Assembly: GCA_030390025.1 (NCBI GenBank)
Contig: CM059445.1
Span: 40,176,001-40,240,000, forward strand
Direction: 5' to 3'
Length of the DNA: 64,000 nt
From: Squalus acanthias
Taxonomy: Eukaryota
The notes beneath the pieces were generated by a model, which did not search any database, was not told the origin of the DNA, and saw nothing but the letters and a program-made list of their open reading frames with translations. Position 1 is the first letter of the stretch, and each line of letters begins with the position of its first letter. Both the position numbers and the translations under genes were made by a program. This document shows, piece by piece, positions 24,785 to 37,311 of the stretch.

Positions 24785-26465
24785 CTAATTATGAGGGGCT
24801 GAGGATGGAACTAGGGAAGGTAAACTGGAAAAGAGATGGAATAATAGTGAGAAATATTTTTTTTAAAGTGATCAGTCGAGTTCAGGAGAAACATATTGCA
24901 CTAAAAAAGTAACAACAAACTAGCCAATAATGAGTCACCATGGATGACTAAAGAGATGAGGGTAACATTTAATCTAAAGAAACAGGCATACACTAAGTGC
25001 ATAGACATCAAAGGGAAGGATGACAAAAGGTAATACGAAGAGGTTAGGGAAGAAGTTTAAAAAAATTAGGGAGGTAAAGAGGAATTACAAAATGAAATTA
25101 TCAAAGAACCTAAAAAGGAATAATGAGGTATTCTATAGACACATAAATAACAAAAGGAAAAGTAAACTAGATTAATGCAGTGCATGTGATGTATATGGAC
25201 GTTGAATAGACCTTGGATAATGCCGCACATAGTAGACACATGACTACGGTCTGAGCATGTGCAGTCGGACAAGTAACAGAATGGATATCGAACTGGCCAG
25301 AAAACGGAGAGTAGGGGTTAAAGGTAGTTACTCAGACTGGCTGAAGATGGAACGTGGTCCACAGGGATCGGTGCTGGGACCACTGTTCATCATTTACATA
25401 AATGATTTGGATGCAGGAATCTGAAGAACAATTTCAAAATTTGCGGCTGACTCCACTTTGAGTGGTATAGTTAATACTGAGGAAGACTGTCACAAACTTG
25501 CAGAATGGGTGGGTAATTGGCAAATTAATTTTATTACAGGTAAGTGTCAGGTGGTACATTTTGGTAGGAATAAGGAGGCTACATACTTATTGGAAAATAA
25601 GAGTCTAAATAGGGTAGAGGAGCAAAGAGATCTTGGGATAAAAAGCAAACAAAGCACTGGGGTTGCAGTACAGTATACACTTCTGGCCTCCATTTTACAA
25701 AAAAGGATATAGAAGCACTGGAGAAATTGCAAAAAAGATTTATTAAAAAGATCATACCAGAACTGAGAGGGTAAAACTATCTGGAAAGACGAACAAGCTG
25801 GGGCTCTTTTTTATGGAAAAGAGAAGGCTGAGAGGTGACCTGATAGAGGTCTTTAAAATTAGGCAGGGGTTTGAAAGGGTAGACATAGAGAAGATGTTTC
25901 CACTTGTGGGGGAGTCCAAACTATGGGCCATAAATATAAGATAGTCACTAATAAATTCAGGAGGAACTTCTTTACTCAGACAGTGGTGAGAATGTGGAAC
26001 TCGCCACCACATGGAGTGTTTGAAGCAATTAGCATAGATTTTTTTTTATTTGTTCATGGGATGTGGGCGTCGCTGGCAAGGCCAGCATTTATTGCCCATC
26101 CCTAGTTGCTCGTTAGAATGTGGTGAGCCGCCTTCTCGCTGCAGTCTGTGTGGTGAAGGTACTCCCACAGTGCTGTTAGGCAGGGAATTCCAGGATTTTG
26201 ACCCAGCGACGATGAAGGAACGGCGATATATTTCCAACTCAGGATGGTGCGTGGCTTGGAGGGGAACTTGGAGGTGGTGGTGTTCCCATGCGCCTTCTAG
26301 GTGGTAGGGGTTGTGGGTTTGGGTGATGCATTTAAGGGGAAGCTAGATAAGTATGTGAGGGAGAAGGGAATAGAAAAATATGTTGATAGGGTGAGATTAA
26401 GTAAAGAGAGTGGGAGGAGGCTCACGTGGAGCATAAGTGGTCTGTTTCTGTGCTCGGAATTCTAT
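24785..26465 (+). mobile_element. Old degenerate CR1 LINE
   Basis: Fragmentary RT motifs (ccacagggatcggtgctgggacc, RRNFFTQTVVRMWNS) and 3' UTR. Confidence 0.8.
26040..26325 (-). mobile_element. 3' end of a second non-LTR family (CR1/L2 group, subfamily uncertain) inserted in CR1
   Basis: Minus strand SFIVAGSKSWNSLPNSTVG...gggatgggcaataaatgctggccttgccag plus poly-A; same family at 34631-34810 and 39065-41200. Confidence 0.75.
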
Positions 26466-27059
26466 CCCAGTTATTAGTTGACAACAGATGGGTGTAGCCT
26501 ACTGTAAATATGTTGCATGATTCATGAAAGGATACAATTACATTATCAGCAACAGATTTCTGGGCATTAATAGCACAGTTTATATGCTGTGGAACCAAAG
26601 ATCCTGTAAATAACTTTATTTTATCCCATTCTTAATGAACGTGCATCAATGTTGATTTTTCTTGCCTCCCATGTCGTCTTCCTTCTACAATCTACAGGCT
26701 TTGAAACTCAAATTAGGCAATCATTACTTTCTGATTCATCTCATCTTCACCCCTTCTCTTTTCAACCTCAAATTAAATCACTTTCCTCATTAGCAAGAGT
26801 GCCAGTTCTGTAATAGATCAGTCGTTCAATAAAGGTTTCTGTTTGTATCGGAAAATGTTGTTTTACGTCGAAACACCTTTACCATTTCTGTTACAAGTCG
26901 ACTCTTTGGGTGATCACATCCAGCCCTCACGAACCTAGACTGCAGCCAGATCAAAGTGCATAATTCACCACAAATTTAAAAATACTGCTATTGCATAGAT
27001 TAAATTAAATCAGCTGAGGGGACTAAAGGAATTGAGGTCCATCAAGGAATTGTGATCTT

Positions 27060-27447
27060 GGCTACAAGGACAGGTTGGAGAAGCTGAATTTGTTTTTATT
27101 AGAGGTGTACAAGATTATGACGGGTTTGGATAGGCTAGACGGGGAAGTTAATGGTACAAGGACCAGGAGACACATTTAAGGTTTTGGGCAAGAGATACAG
27201 CGGGGGGTGAGGAAAATCTTTTTTACGCAGCGAGTGTTGAGGACCTGGAACGCGCTGCCGACGGAAGTGGTGGAAGCGGAGACAATCAATGTTTTCAAGG
27301 GGAGACTGGATAGGCACTTGAGGGAAATAAACTTGCAGGGCTACGGGGATAGAGCGGGGGAGTGAGACTGACTGAATTGCTCTACAGAGAGCCGGCACGG
27401 ACTCGATGGGCGGAATGGCCTCCTTCTTTGCCGCTATGACTCTATGG
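27060..27447 (+). mobile_element. CR1 LINE 3' fragment
   Basis: tttttacgcagcgagtgttgaggacctggaacgcgctgcc...gaatggcctcct...ctatgactctatg. Confidence 0.85.
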
Positions 27448-27826
27448 TACTTGTTGCTGAAAATGGTTACACAGACCAGCAAGGCTGAGTCTAGTAGGGT
27501 TTAAGAATCACCTGTATTTCCTTTTTATATTGTAAGCTGTGACTGCCCAAATTAATAGGCAAGTTCATTAGTGACTTGGACCAAAATAATGCATTTCAAA
27601 CGTAAGTGTCAGTTGCTGCTGTAATTCATGTTTTAGGACTGGTAGCAATAGAGATGCTGACCATTTTTCTTATGAAAATTCCTTCTGGATTAATTTATGA
27701 AACCACTTTAGTTGGTATATTGACAGGATTACTCCCTTTTGAAATGTTTTAAAATATCTAGGAACAGGGATGTTGGAGGCCACACCCATGTGTAGTGTTT
27801 GTGCATCTGTCCCTTTCAAGTCCATT

Positions 27827-28487
27827 GGGCCAGAAATTCGGCTCTCCGGCTTCCTGCGGGTGCAAGGATCGCGCGCGTACTTACCTACCGCGCCTGCCGT
27901 TGTGCTTCGGGCCCGCGTGGACTTCGGCTCCTGGGCCTCCTGCAGCTGCTGGTGCGCAGTGCTTGCGTATCCCAGGGGCGCAGTTAGTTCGAAGCATCCC
28001 CTGAGATCACGTGGGCCATGGAGGGCCAATCGAAGACCTGTCAAATCTATGAATAGAGATCGGCCCCAAAACCTCACTTAAACTTCAAATAAATTTTTTA
28101 AAAACATCACATTTTTAAAATAAATATAAATTACATAAATTAACTACTTTAAACAAAAATTTAAATTTTTGAAAAAATTAATTACACTTTTTAACGGTGC
28201 TAAAAATAAACTTACCTTTCTTCAAAGTATGTAAAAAAGATAAACCTGATGAAAAAATGTTTAAATTCTACTTAATTCACCACTTACCTTGTTAAAAGCA
28301 GGCCTTGCGCCTCCTTTTTTCCTGCGCAGCTTCTCCGTACTTACCCCCAAGGAGAAACCTGAAAAAAAAACGAAGTTCGCTGCGTGCGCGCTGCCGCTCG
28401 AACCACATGCGCGAAACCGGCACTTCCGGTGGCCCTACGGGTGAGTACACAGCGCGTACTCACCCGTGGAGACCCGAATTTCTGCAA
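27827..28487. mobile_element. MITE (Harbinger-like) with TIRs
   Basis: gggccagaaattcggctctcc ... ggagacccgaatttctgc. Confidence 0.7.
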
Positions 28488-29364
28488 TATGTTTGTTGTC
28501 TGTAGGTTGAAACAACTGAAACTGCCATTGATACATTGGCCCCGAAATTGTGGTTGGCGGCACAAGGAATAGGCCGCTGACCTCTGAACGAAACCCGCAC
28601 TTACCTGATGCGAGTCCCCGAATGAAAACTTAGTTTAAAATGCTGCCGAGTTGTGCGCTGCGTGGTGGCCCACGGATCCCAGGCGCGCACCGTGTGCGTA
28701 AACGTACCTGGGATCACGTGGGGCGGTGCTCCTTTCACTCAGCCAATCACGAAACAGAAATCTCCAATGCCCAACTTCAATCAAATTTTAAATTAAACGG
28801 TGTGAATATTTATTTGACAAGTGCAGTACTTGGCTTTAAAAAGCACAGGGAATACGTTGGAGTAAGTACAGTTAATTTATGAACGACTATGCAAGATTAA
28901 AAAAGATGATCTCATCCCTCAAACCGAGCCTTCACAGCTGCCTGGTAGTTTTTTTTACGTGTTCGATTTTATTTTATGGCCCTGAAATTGCAAATGTCTT
29001 ATTCCCCCCCACCCCCCCCCACCTTTATGCTGTGAAAAGAGCCTCCTACGTCTGTTTGCACCAGCTGTGAAATTTTACTGCTTAATTGCTGGGCAGTTGG
29101 TGGGCAATGAGCCCAACTCTGCATCACCAGCAATAAGGATTTCACTGTCCGAGTGGATGATCTGTCAAGTTGGAACTCGACAGATCTCAAGTTCGGTATT
29201 TAGCGCATACTACCCAACCCCAAATTAAATAAAACCACCAAAACATAGTCTGCATTGTAGATTTATAAAGATAGTGTCGGTAAGAATATGTTTCAAGGAA
29301 ATAAATCCTTCTGGATTTCAGTAGGCATAATGAGTTACACTTTAATTTAAAATTCTGTATGTCC

Positions 29365-29591
29365 GAGGGATACCAAATCTGATTGGACGTATTCCTGGAG
29401 GTGTTATCACATGACCTCTTGCTTCCAACTGCCCGGCCTGGTTGGAATTGTTATAACTAATAAATAAAAGTGTTCAAAGAAAATGGAAAAAAACTTTTTT
29501 TATGCCCCGATATTTTTCTCCTGGTTTGCTCTGGAAATTAATCCTCAATTCCTGGAAACTCCAAGGCAATCCAGGAGGGTTGGCAACACTA
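29365..29591. mobile_element. hAT-like (Blackjack-type ends) MITE, shorter copy
   Basis: Ends ...ggagggttggcaacacta; internal similarity to 33449-33804. Confidence 0.5.
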
Positions 29592-29627
29592 GTGTCCTAG
29601 TAGAAATTGCCATGTGAAGACAGTAGA

Positions 29628-30963
29628 GGGGGAATCTTTCAGGGGGTCAGCGGGCGCGTTTGGTGAAGGGTCGGGTCGGAAAATTTTTTTTGACAGAGGG
29701 TATGGAACCCGCCGCCACGCTAGTTTCCCAGATGTCCTCGGTGAACAGACCTGACACCAAGAGGCAGGGGAGGCAATTTAGATGATTAAGAGTTTGTTAA
29801 CAGGCACTTAAAAACTATTTTAAGCTCACCTTTAGATTTTAAGAGTTCGCCCATGCTTCCACGCTGCTCGGGGATCATGTCAGGTAAGCAGATTGGGAGT
29901 TGTATCAGCCTGGGATGATTTCTTAACTTGACAGCTGCAAATATTCTGTAAAAGCTCCCATTTCATAGCTGTTCACTTTCCAAGGTTAGCAGCTGTTACT
30001 TACTGCATTTGGAAGACAGATTGAGCTTTATGCAGTGTGCAAGTGTTTGGAGCAAAATCTGTATCCAATGTCAACTCATTGGAACAACCTCTCTTACCTT
30101 TGACAGCTCGCTTCTGTCATCTCAACCTCACCTGCCATCTATTCCATCAGCATCGGTGCCATTGAAACTATCTCACCTTGGTCCTCAGGATCCCACCACG
30201 ATCAGCCCCAACAAGTGCCTACCCTTGTGTGTTGTCAGTTGGTATGATTGGACTAGAATGAGAGTGAGTGTGAGGGGTGGCTACTGAGATGGGGATGTGA
30301 TAATGTAGATAGAGAGGGATGGGTGGAGGTGCAAGGTAAGTTGGTGTGAGTAAGGATGTGCAGGAGTAGGATAGGGAAGGCAGAGTGATGGGGATGTGAT
30401 GAGTGGCACAGCAGGATGAGGTTGAGTGTGGCTTTGCAGTAACGTTTCGTGATCTATTGAGATCATTGAAAAGTTTGAGACACTGCAGCCTAGTCCTCCT
30501 GACGACATCCCTGCTTGTGTCCTCCTGTGCAATGTGCAACCAGACTCTGTTGATCTCCTGGGGAGGTCTCTTCCGCCCATTGGAATGGAAGAGGACCTCC
30601 CTGCATGCTGTGATTCCCTCCATAAGCATATGGAAGGAGTCATGGGAGAGCCTGGGTGCAGCCGTGCGCCTCTGTGCAGTGCTCGTCAGTGTTTGCAGCA
30701 CCTCAATGCTGTAGAACACTGACAGCACAACTGTCAAAATCAATTTGTGCATGGTCCCTTTAAGGATACCGGCTGATCACGCGTCATCAAGTGACGTCAT
30801 CAGACCAGCTACTTTCAATTGGCCAGGAAACGTGCTGGCTGGGCTTAACAAGCCCAATCAACGTAAGATGACTTTGGACAACGGGCTGGAGACAGCAGCG
30901 GGGTCGCAACCCGCCACCGACCTTGGCCGCCCCGGACCCACTGAGGTGGGGAAATCGTGGCCT
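29628..30963 (-). mobile_element. Harbinger-derived element with Myb/SANT-like coding remnant
   Basis: ORF 30219-30752: APRLSHDSFHMLMEGITACREVLFHSNGRKRPP...VWLHIAQE...RTRLQCLKLFNDL, a trihelix/Myb-SANT pattern of Harbinger DNA-binding proteins. Confidence 0.75.
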
Positions 30964-31439
30964 CCGTGTTTGTTTGTAATATGGAAATGCAGATTTGTGT
31001 AGGAAATTTACTTTCAAAATGAAGCTTAAATTTGGAAGTCACTTTTTAGGTCCTCTGGTCATTTTTTTCAAATTGGAGACAAAATATTGCTTCCAGTTTA
31101 CCCCATATTTAAAATTCTGTGAATTTCTTTCAGTCTAACTGAAAAATATGAAGCATTAACATTCTTTTACGTCCAGCTGGATTTAGAAAATGACTACACA
31201 GCTGGGCTAATGGGGGGTAACTTAATGGTAGGCCGGGAGGGAATTTTAAAAATCTCTTCTCTTGTTTTTATATTAACAATCACTTGATTATTCAGTTGCT
31301 TTTCTATTCTCTCTTTCCCCCCCCCCACCCCACTTTAGTTTTCATTATTTTGTTAGAAGAATTTGCTTTTGGAATCTGGAGATAGTATTTAAAACAAAAC
31401 TTTATTCTGAAATTTGATTTTTACCCAGCAATATATATA

Positions 31440-31750
31440 TCTGCGCTCCTCTAATTCTGTCCTCCTGAGCATCCCTGATTATAATCGCTCAACTATTGGT
31501 GGCTGTGCCGTCTGTTGCCGAGGCTCTAAGCTCTGGAATTCCCTGCCTAAACCTCTCAGTTTCTCTACCTCTCTTTCCTCCTTTAAGACGCTCCTTAAAA
31601 TCTACCTCTTTGACCAAGCTTTTGGTCACCTGTCCTAATTTCTCCTTATGTGACTAGGTGTCAAATTTTTTGTCTTATAATACTCCTGTGCAGCGCCTTG
31701 AAACATTTTACTACGTTAAAGGCGCTATATAAATACAAGTTGTTGTTATT
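31440..31750 (+). mobile_element. L2 LINE 3' end
   Basis: LRSSNS...STIGGCAV...KLWNSLPKPL...FKTLLKIYLFDQAF; tail aaaggcgctatataaatacaagttgttgtt. Confidence 0.85.
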
Positions 31751-33448
31751 GTCAGAGGATTGCAGCATATATGGCATTTTGCACCATATATACAGGACGA
31801 TGTTATTAAAATGTATAATAATTCTATGTTTGTCATTATTCCTTGTGTTTGGATTTCCTGTTCCAACAGAATACTAGTTAAGATTTAAATTCTACAGCAA
31901 TGGAACGGTTGTACTTTCAAATTTTGCTCCCATGTTTTAAGGTTAGTCTGTTGCCACATCATGTCTTGACAATTCTGCAGCCATAAAATTAATATTGAAA
32001 CTTACTGTTGTGTGAATGTTCTTTTTGAATCTATACCATAATGTAGTTTTCCCATTTCCCATTTTTGACTAAAAGTAGATGAAATGGGACCAGAGGTTTC
32101 TTCCTGCAGTTATACAAAAATGTTTGAACCTCGTGTGACAAAAATGGAGAATGATTGTCCAGAGTGGAAGGGTTTTCTCTTAAAACATTTCTTTAGCTTA
32201 AAAAATGGGCTTGTAAGAAAGATAACACCTTCAATATGGCGTCTGCATGCTGGAAGAATGGCGTCCATTTTGTTGGCTCACCAGGAAGTTCTTTTTTTAA
32301 AAAAGGCCAGTCAAGACAATTCTAGTTAGTTATTAACAGACTTGTGCATCTGGGATAAAAAAAATGCCAAACCACATCATCAAGCTATTAATGGACCTAA
32401 TGCCAGCAAGCCCTGATGTAGTTATTACTTGTCAAACACCACAGATAAGTACCGGCTTGCTTTCACATGTGTAATGGAGTTTGCTGGCCACTGTTTTGAG
32501 TAAAGTGCTCTGTCTCGAGGACTAACTTATCAAAGGCAAGACTGTATTTCAAAGGTTCTGCAGATGAAAGAATTCCAACACGTCTAATATGCCAGTTAGT
32601 TTGGATCTTGACTGAGATGCATTCTCAAAGCTGATGTAACATATAAACAGTCTGATTACTGGTCTGTCCTGTGCGCAACCCCCTACCCTCCTCCCCCCCA
32701 CCCCCCCAGCCCGCTTCCACATTTGGTCAATCCTAGGATATTCCGGGGAGCTATACTATCACCAGGCTGAGAACTGTTACGGAATCTGCTCAAAAGATTT
32801 CCCATTATTTACAAATTAACATTCAGGTGGCTGTGGCAGCAATCTAGATGTCATGTTGGTTGGCTTTAAAAAAAGGCTTCATTTAATATGTAAGAAATGT
32901 TGTAAATTCACATAATGAACTTCAGGAAATGTCAGTGTATCCCAAAATGTTAGAGACGCCCTGAGGCCAATTAGATGACAACGGTTGGTAAAGTTAATCT
33001 ACAGATTGACAGGCACTTGTGAATTCGCGCTATCTGGTCAGAAGGAAGCTGGATGAAATGACTGTTTTTAACGTTTTGACACTTTTATTTTGACAGATTC
33101 AGCTTTTCTAGCCTTGTTTGATCTGTTTGACTAATTGTGTCTTTGACCTCTCCTCCCCACCCTACCCCATTACTGTTATTAATCTCTTGCATGAAAAAGC
33201 TTTGCAGTTCTAGGAATAAGGTTAACATCTGCGGGAAGCATATTTAGGCCTCCTGGGATTTTGTGGTTTTTGGTGAGTCAGAGTGTGCGCTAAAGTGCGA
33301 AGTACAGTAAGTTAGAGCTATACAGAAGACTTTTAAAATCGAAATTTATCAATAGATAATATATTTGGCCTATCTCAACACAACAGAGGGGCATCCTTGG
33401 TCTGTCTGACTGAGTCCCATACCGTGCTTGTGTCTTTAGGCTCCTTCC

Positions 33449-33804
33449 TAGGGTTGTCAGCTCTGGGTATATACTCCTGGAGCTTTCATCGCATGACCTC
33501 GAACCGCCCTGTCCCACCATTGGTCCATCTTCCTGGCGCACTGACTTCCCATGTCAATTTGAAAGGGAGCAGGCTCTTTGTTACCCAATTGGATTAATCT
33601 TGACTGTTAGTGAAACAGTCTTTTTCCCTCATCGCCTTATTTTTATAACTAATAAATTAAAGTGTACAAAGAAAATGAAAAAAACCACAACTTTCTTTTT
33701 AATGTTGCTGTGAATTTTCACCCAGGTTGCTCGTCGCTATTTCCTGGAGATTCATTTTCAATTCCTGAAGACTCCCGGGCAATCCTGGAGGGTTGGCGAC
33801 CCTT
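33449..33804. mobile_element. hAT-like (Blackjack-type ends) MITE
   Basis: tagggttgtca ... ggttggcgaccctt inverted ends. Confidence 0.6.
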
Positions 33805-34456
33805 ACAGATTCTGACATCGGTAGATAACTAAATTAATAAACAGTTTAAACCTTAAATTACTGAATGTCCTTAGTTAATAACCATTTGATTAGTGATGTC
33901 AACTCAGTGACTTCGTGCTTTCGGCACCTGATCCTCTTCAGGTTATGGTACGAACTTTAAATAAGTCTGTTCAGAGACGATCAAATGAAAGGTACAGAAA
34001 AGGCCGAAGAGGATATCAGTCAACCCGAGCATACTTTCTGACAGTTTGCTTTTTTTCTCATCCTCCCCTGGGAGTTGTGATTCCTGCTTGAGGAAGGCTC
34101 ACTTGGTCCTGGTAGTCCTTCCATGCTTCAGTATTTGAGTCTTCAGCCATGGGTCCAATCAGGTGCTCCCCTAACATTTACCAGTGAGACATCAATATAA
34201 AGTCACTGCTCCTGGCAGTCGGGAGAAGAACCATTTATTTATTTCCCAAGTATAGAATTCCCTGCCCCACAGCCCAATACAGACTAACCCCAGCTAAGTT
34301 ACTTCGCCACTGTTGGAGGAGCATTTGCTATGTGCTTATCACGATTCAGATGTACGACTCGAGCAATATGTCATCCTTACTCAGTGACCCTCACAAATAA
34401 ATATATCTGTGTACACATTGGGAGAAGATAACATCAGCCCCTGAGCACATTACATA

Positions 34457-34810
34457 GATTACATAGAATATACGGCACAGAAACAAGCCATTCGACCCAA
34501 CAAGTCTATGCCGGCGTTTATGCTCCACTCGAGCCTCCCCCTATTCTTCCTCATCTGACTATCAGCATAACCCTCTATTCCCTTCTCCCTCATATATTTT
34601 TCTAGCCTCCCCTTAAATGCATCTATACTACTTGGGGAGTTCCAGGATTGTGACCCAGCAACGATGAAGGAACAACAATATATTTCCAAGTTATTTGGAG
34701 AGGAATATGGAGGTGATGGTGTTCCCATGCGCCTGCTGCCCTTGTCCTTCTAGGTGGTGAAAGTCGTGGGTTTGGGAGGTGCTGCCGAAGAAGCCTTGGC
34801 GAGTTGCTCG
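34457..34810 (-). mobile_element. CR1 3' tail (34457-34630) joined to a fragment of the second LINE family (34631-34810)
   Basis: ORF 34459-34728 reads across the junction: SFIVAGSQSWNSP|SSIDAFKGRLEKYM. Confidence 0.7.
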
Positions 34811-35093
34811 CTCGCTGTGCAGGTTTGGAGATGAAGACTGACTGCTTGAGTGAAATGCTGACAGTCCTCCAGTGAATGGAAGTGTACTGAATTACGGGAA
34901 TAGCTGAGCAGGTGCTGGCATGATATGACATGTTCCAGGGATGGACTGTTGTGGCACGATTTGGACTGCTTTCCTAAATATTTGAAATGGGATAAAAGGA
35001 AGGCATTCCTATCTGACCTCAGTATTGCTCTTCCACCACAAGAAAATTCTAATTTTCGTAGCTTGAACATGCATAGCTGAGGATAGTGATCAG

Positions 35094-35252
35094 CAATGTT
35101 CCCTCTAAGCTGCGCAGCAATCTGCAAGGTCCCGCATAGGCTGCTCACCGGCTTTTCCATTGTAAATACCGCGCATGCACAGAAATCTAAAGGGGCCGGG
35201 CATTAAAAGAATGAGGCGGCGCAGAGCAAAGTGCAGCTTGCAGGGAACATTG
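35094..35252. mobile_element. 159-bp hAT-type MITE
   Basis: TIRs caatgttccctctaagctgc / gcagcttgcagggaacattg; 8-bp TSD gtgatcag/atgatcag (7/8). Confidence 0.85.
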
Positions 35253-35994
35253 ATGATCAGATATACTGTGCACGCTTGCCCAGCAGGCACACAGATACTG
35301 ACTCATCTTTGTTTCCAACCCTTCATGGGATGTTTATTTTGGTTGGTTTTCATTAGTATTTGTTAAGGCAGAGCAAATACTCAGCAGCAGAATAATCACT
35401 TAGAAACAGAGTGACTTCATAGCCATTAATGGCACACAGCAGATGTGCTGCAAGAGAATTAATTCTATTGTCCTTTGATAGGCCCAACAGCAATACTGTA
35501 AAAATAAATTCTGTGTCATCCCATAGCTAAGATAACTGAGGAAACAGATTCAAAAAATGCAGTTTCCATGTGTTAATGACCTCATCTGGGTAGTCGCTCA
35601 GTGACCTATTAAAGGACAGCTGTATTGCAAAGTCTCCTGATGTAAATCCCAGCCACTTCTATTTTTTAATCTATTGTATTTTCAATAATCATAGATACGG
35701 GACATTCCCCAGAGATCAGGATAATTGGTTTGGGTGGAAAAATTGATGCAATTACTGATTCCAACTAAGATCGACAAGGTCTCCATGTGCCCGAAGTCTC
35801 CGGGTGTGCTGTCCGTTACTGGGCTCACATGCACCGTTCCCACCCACCCCCCTCCCCCCATCCCCGGGTAAAAATTGAGGCCTCTGTGATTAGAGCCTTA
35901 ATTCCTGGCACAGAGATAAAATCTCCAAGCTGATTTCTCAAACATTAGTAATTAACATTCCCAAAAAATCACTTGCAGCAGAGACCAGGAGAAA

Positions 35995-36200
35995 AACATA
36001 AGATAAGAAATAAGAGCAGGAGTAGGCCATTGTGCCCTTCGAGTCTGCTCCGCTAGTCACTAAGATCATGGCTGATCTTCCACCTCAACTCCACCTTCTC
36101 GCTCTATCCCCATATCCCTTTGTTCCCTTAGTACCTAAAAATCTATCGATCTCGGTCTTGAATATACTTGATGACAGAGCCTCTACTGCCCTCTGGGGTA
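35995..36200 (-). mobile_element. CR1 3' UTR fragment
   Basis: aacataagataagaaataagagcaggagtaggccatt... Confidence 0.8.
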
Positions 36201-36337
36201 GATTTGAAATCCGTTCAAAATACAGCAGTCAGTTCACAAAGGCTTCAACAGAGAAGCCAGTCACGAGTTCCTTTGATTCCTCTGCAAAACTTGCAAAATG
36301 TACTTAATCATCTTGTTCCTTAATAAACTCAACATAT

Positions 36338-37311
36338 AGACCCAAAGTTTCCTGTGGCAGGTCAACAAGTTAAACTTGCCTTTGGCAGTTAAATGTCGAT
36401 GACATTTTTTTCTGCAAATTGCAGGAAGTGCAAGACAGAAACAGCGCGGCGCCCTCTACAGGGCATCTGGGACCTGAGTGAACAGCGAACTGTGTCTCTT
36501 CTTAACCAATCAGATTGAAGTATTGTGAAATTAACAGCGCAAAGACTGAGAAGGAAGTGTAAGTTAGAATACAATGTCAAATCAGGTAAATAAAGAGAAG
36601 GAAAGAAAGATTGGATTGAGAGAGAGAAAAAAGAGACAAAGAAAACATTTTAGAAGGAATTTTGTTTTTACATCTCCAACAACAATTAAAACCTGAAAGA
36701 ATGAGACTCCACACTTGTCATAGTTAATTTTCAGTGCCAGCGAGGTTGACTGGCAGTAATTAACACTTATCACGTCGTTAAAAGGATACTTAGACTTGAA
36801 ATGACTTGATTTAACTTTCTGTGGCCAGTTTACTTTGTCTCTACCGCACAAGTACAGGAACTTCACGCTGCTCAATGCATTTGAATGGTGAGCTGGACAG
36901 CGAGATGCTGTTTTCGTGAAGCTAACGGTGGAGCAGCAGAAACCTTTGGATTTCCATGTTTAACCATGCATCTGCCCTCACCTGAAGTTGCTGTGGCATT
37001 TCATAGAATCCCAAAAGTGCAGATAGAGGCCATTTCGGCCCATCGAGCCTGCACCGACACATATCCCACCCTATCCCCGTAACCCCACGTATTTAATCCC
37101 CCTAACACTAAGGGTCAATTTTATCATAGCCAAATCAACCTAACCCGCACATCTTTGGACTGTGGGAGGAAACCGGAGCACCCGGAGGAAACCCACGTAG
37201 ACACGGGGAGAATGTGCAAACTCCACACAGACAGTCACCCGTGGCAGAGGCACATAAATAACGGAGAGCGCTATTAGCCTCACCGTTATGTTGACAACAA
37301 TTTTTGGGCTT
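36338..37311. mobile_element. MITE related to 5689-6439 (inverted), hosting an HE1 SINE
   Basis: Shares core segments with the 5689-6439 element on the opposite strand. Confidence 0.55.
37001..37240 (-). mobile_element. HE1-type V-SINE, 5'-truncated
   Basis: V-domain ggaggaaaccggagcacccggaggaaacccac...ggggagaatgtgcaaactccacacagacagt plus a CR1/HER1-like tail. Confidence 0.85.

Noticed and set aside
31800-31877. Signal-peptide-like MLLKCIIILCLSLFLVFGFPVPTEY
   Set aside because: Ends in a stop with no convincing donor or downstream exons; T-rich composition explains the hydrophobicity.
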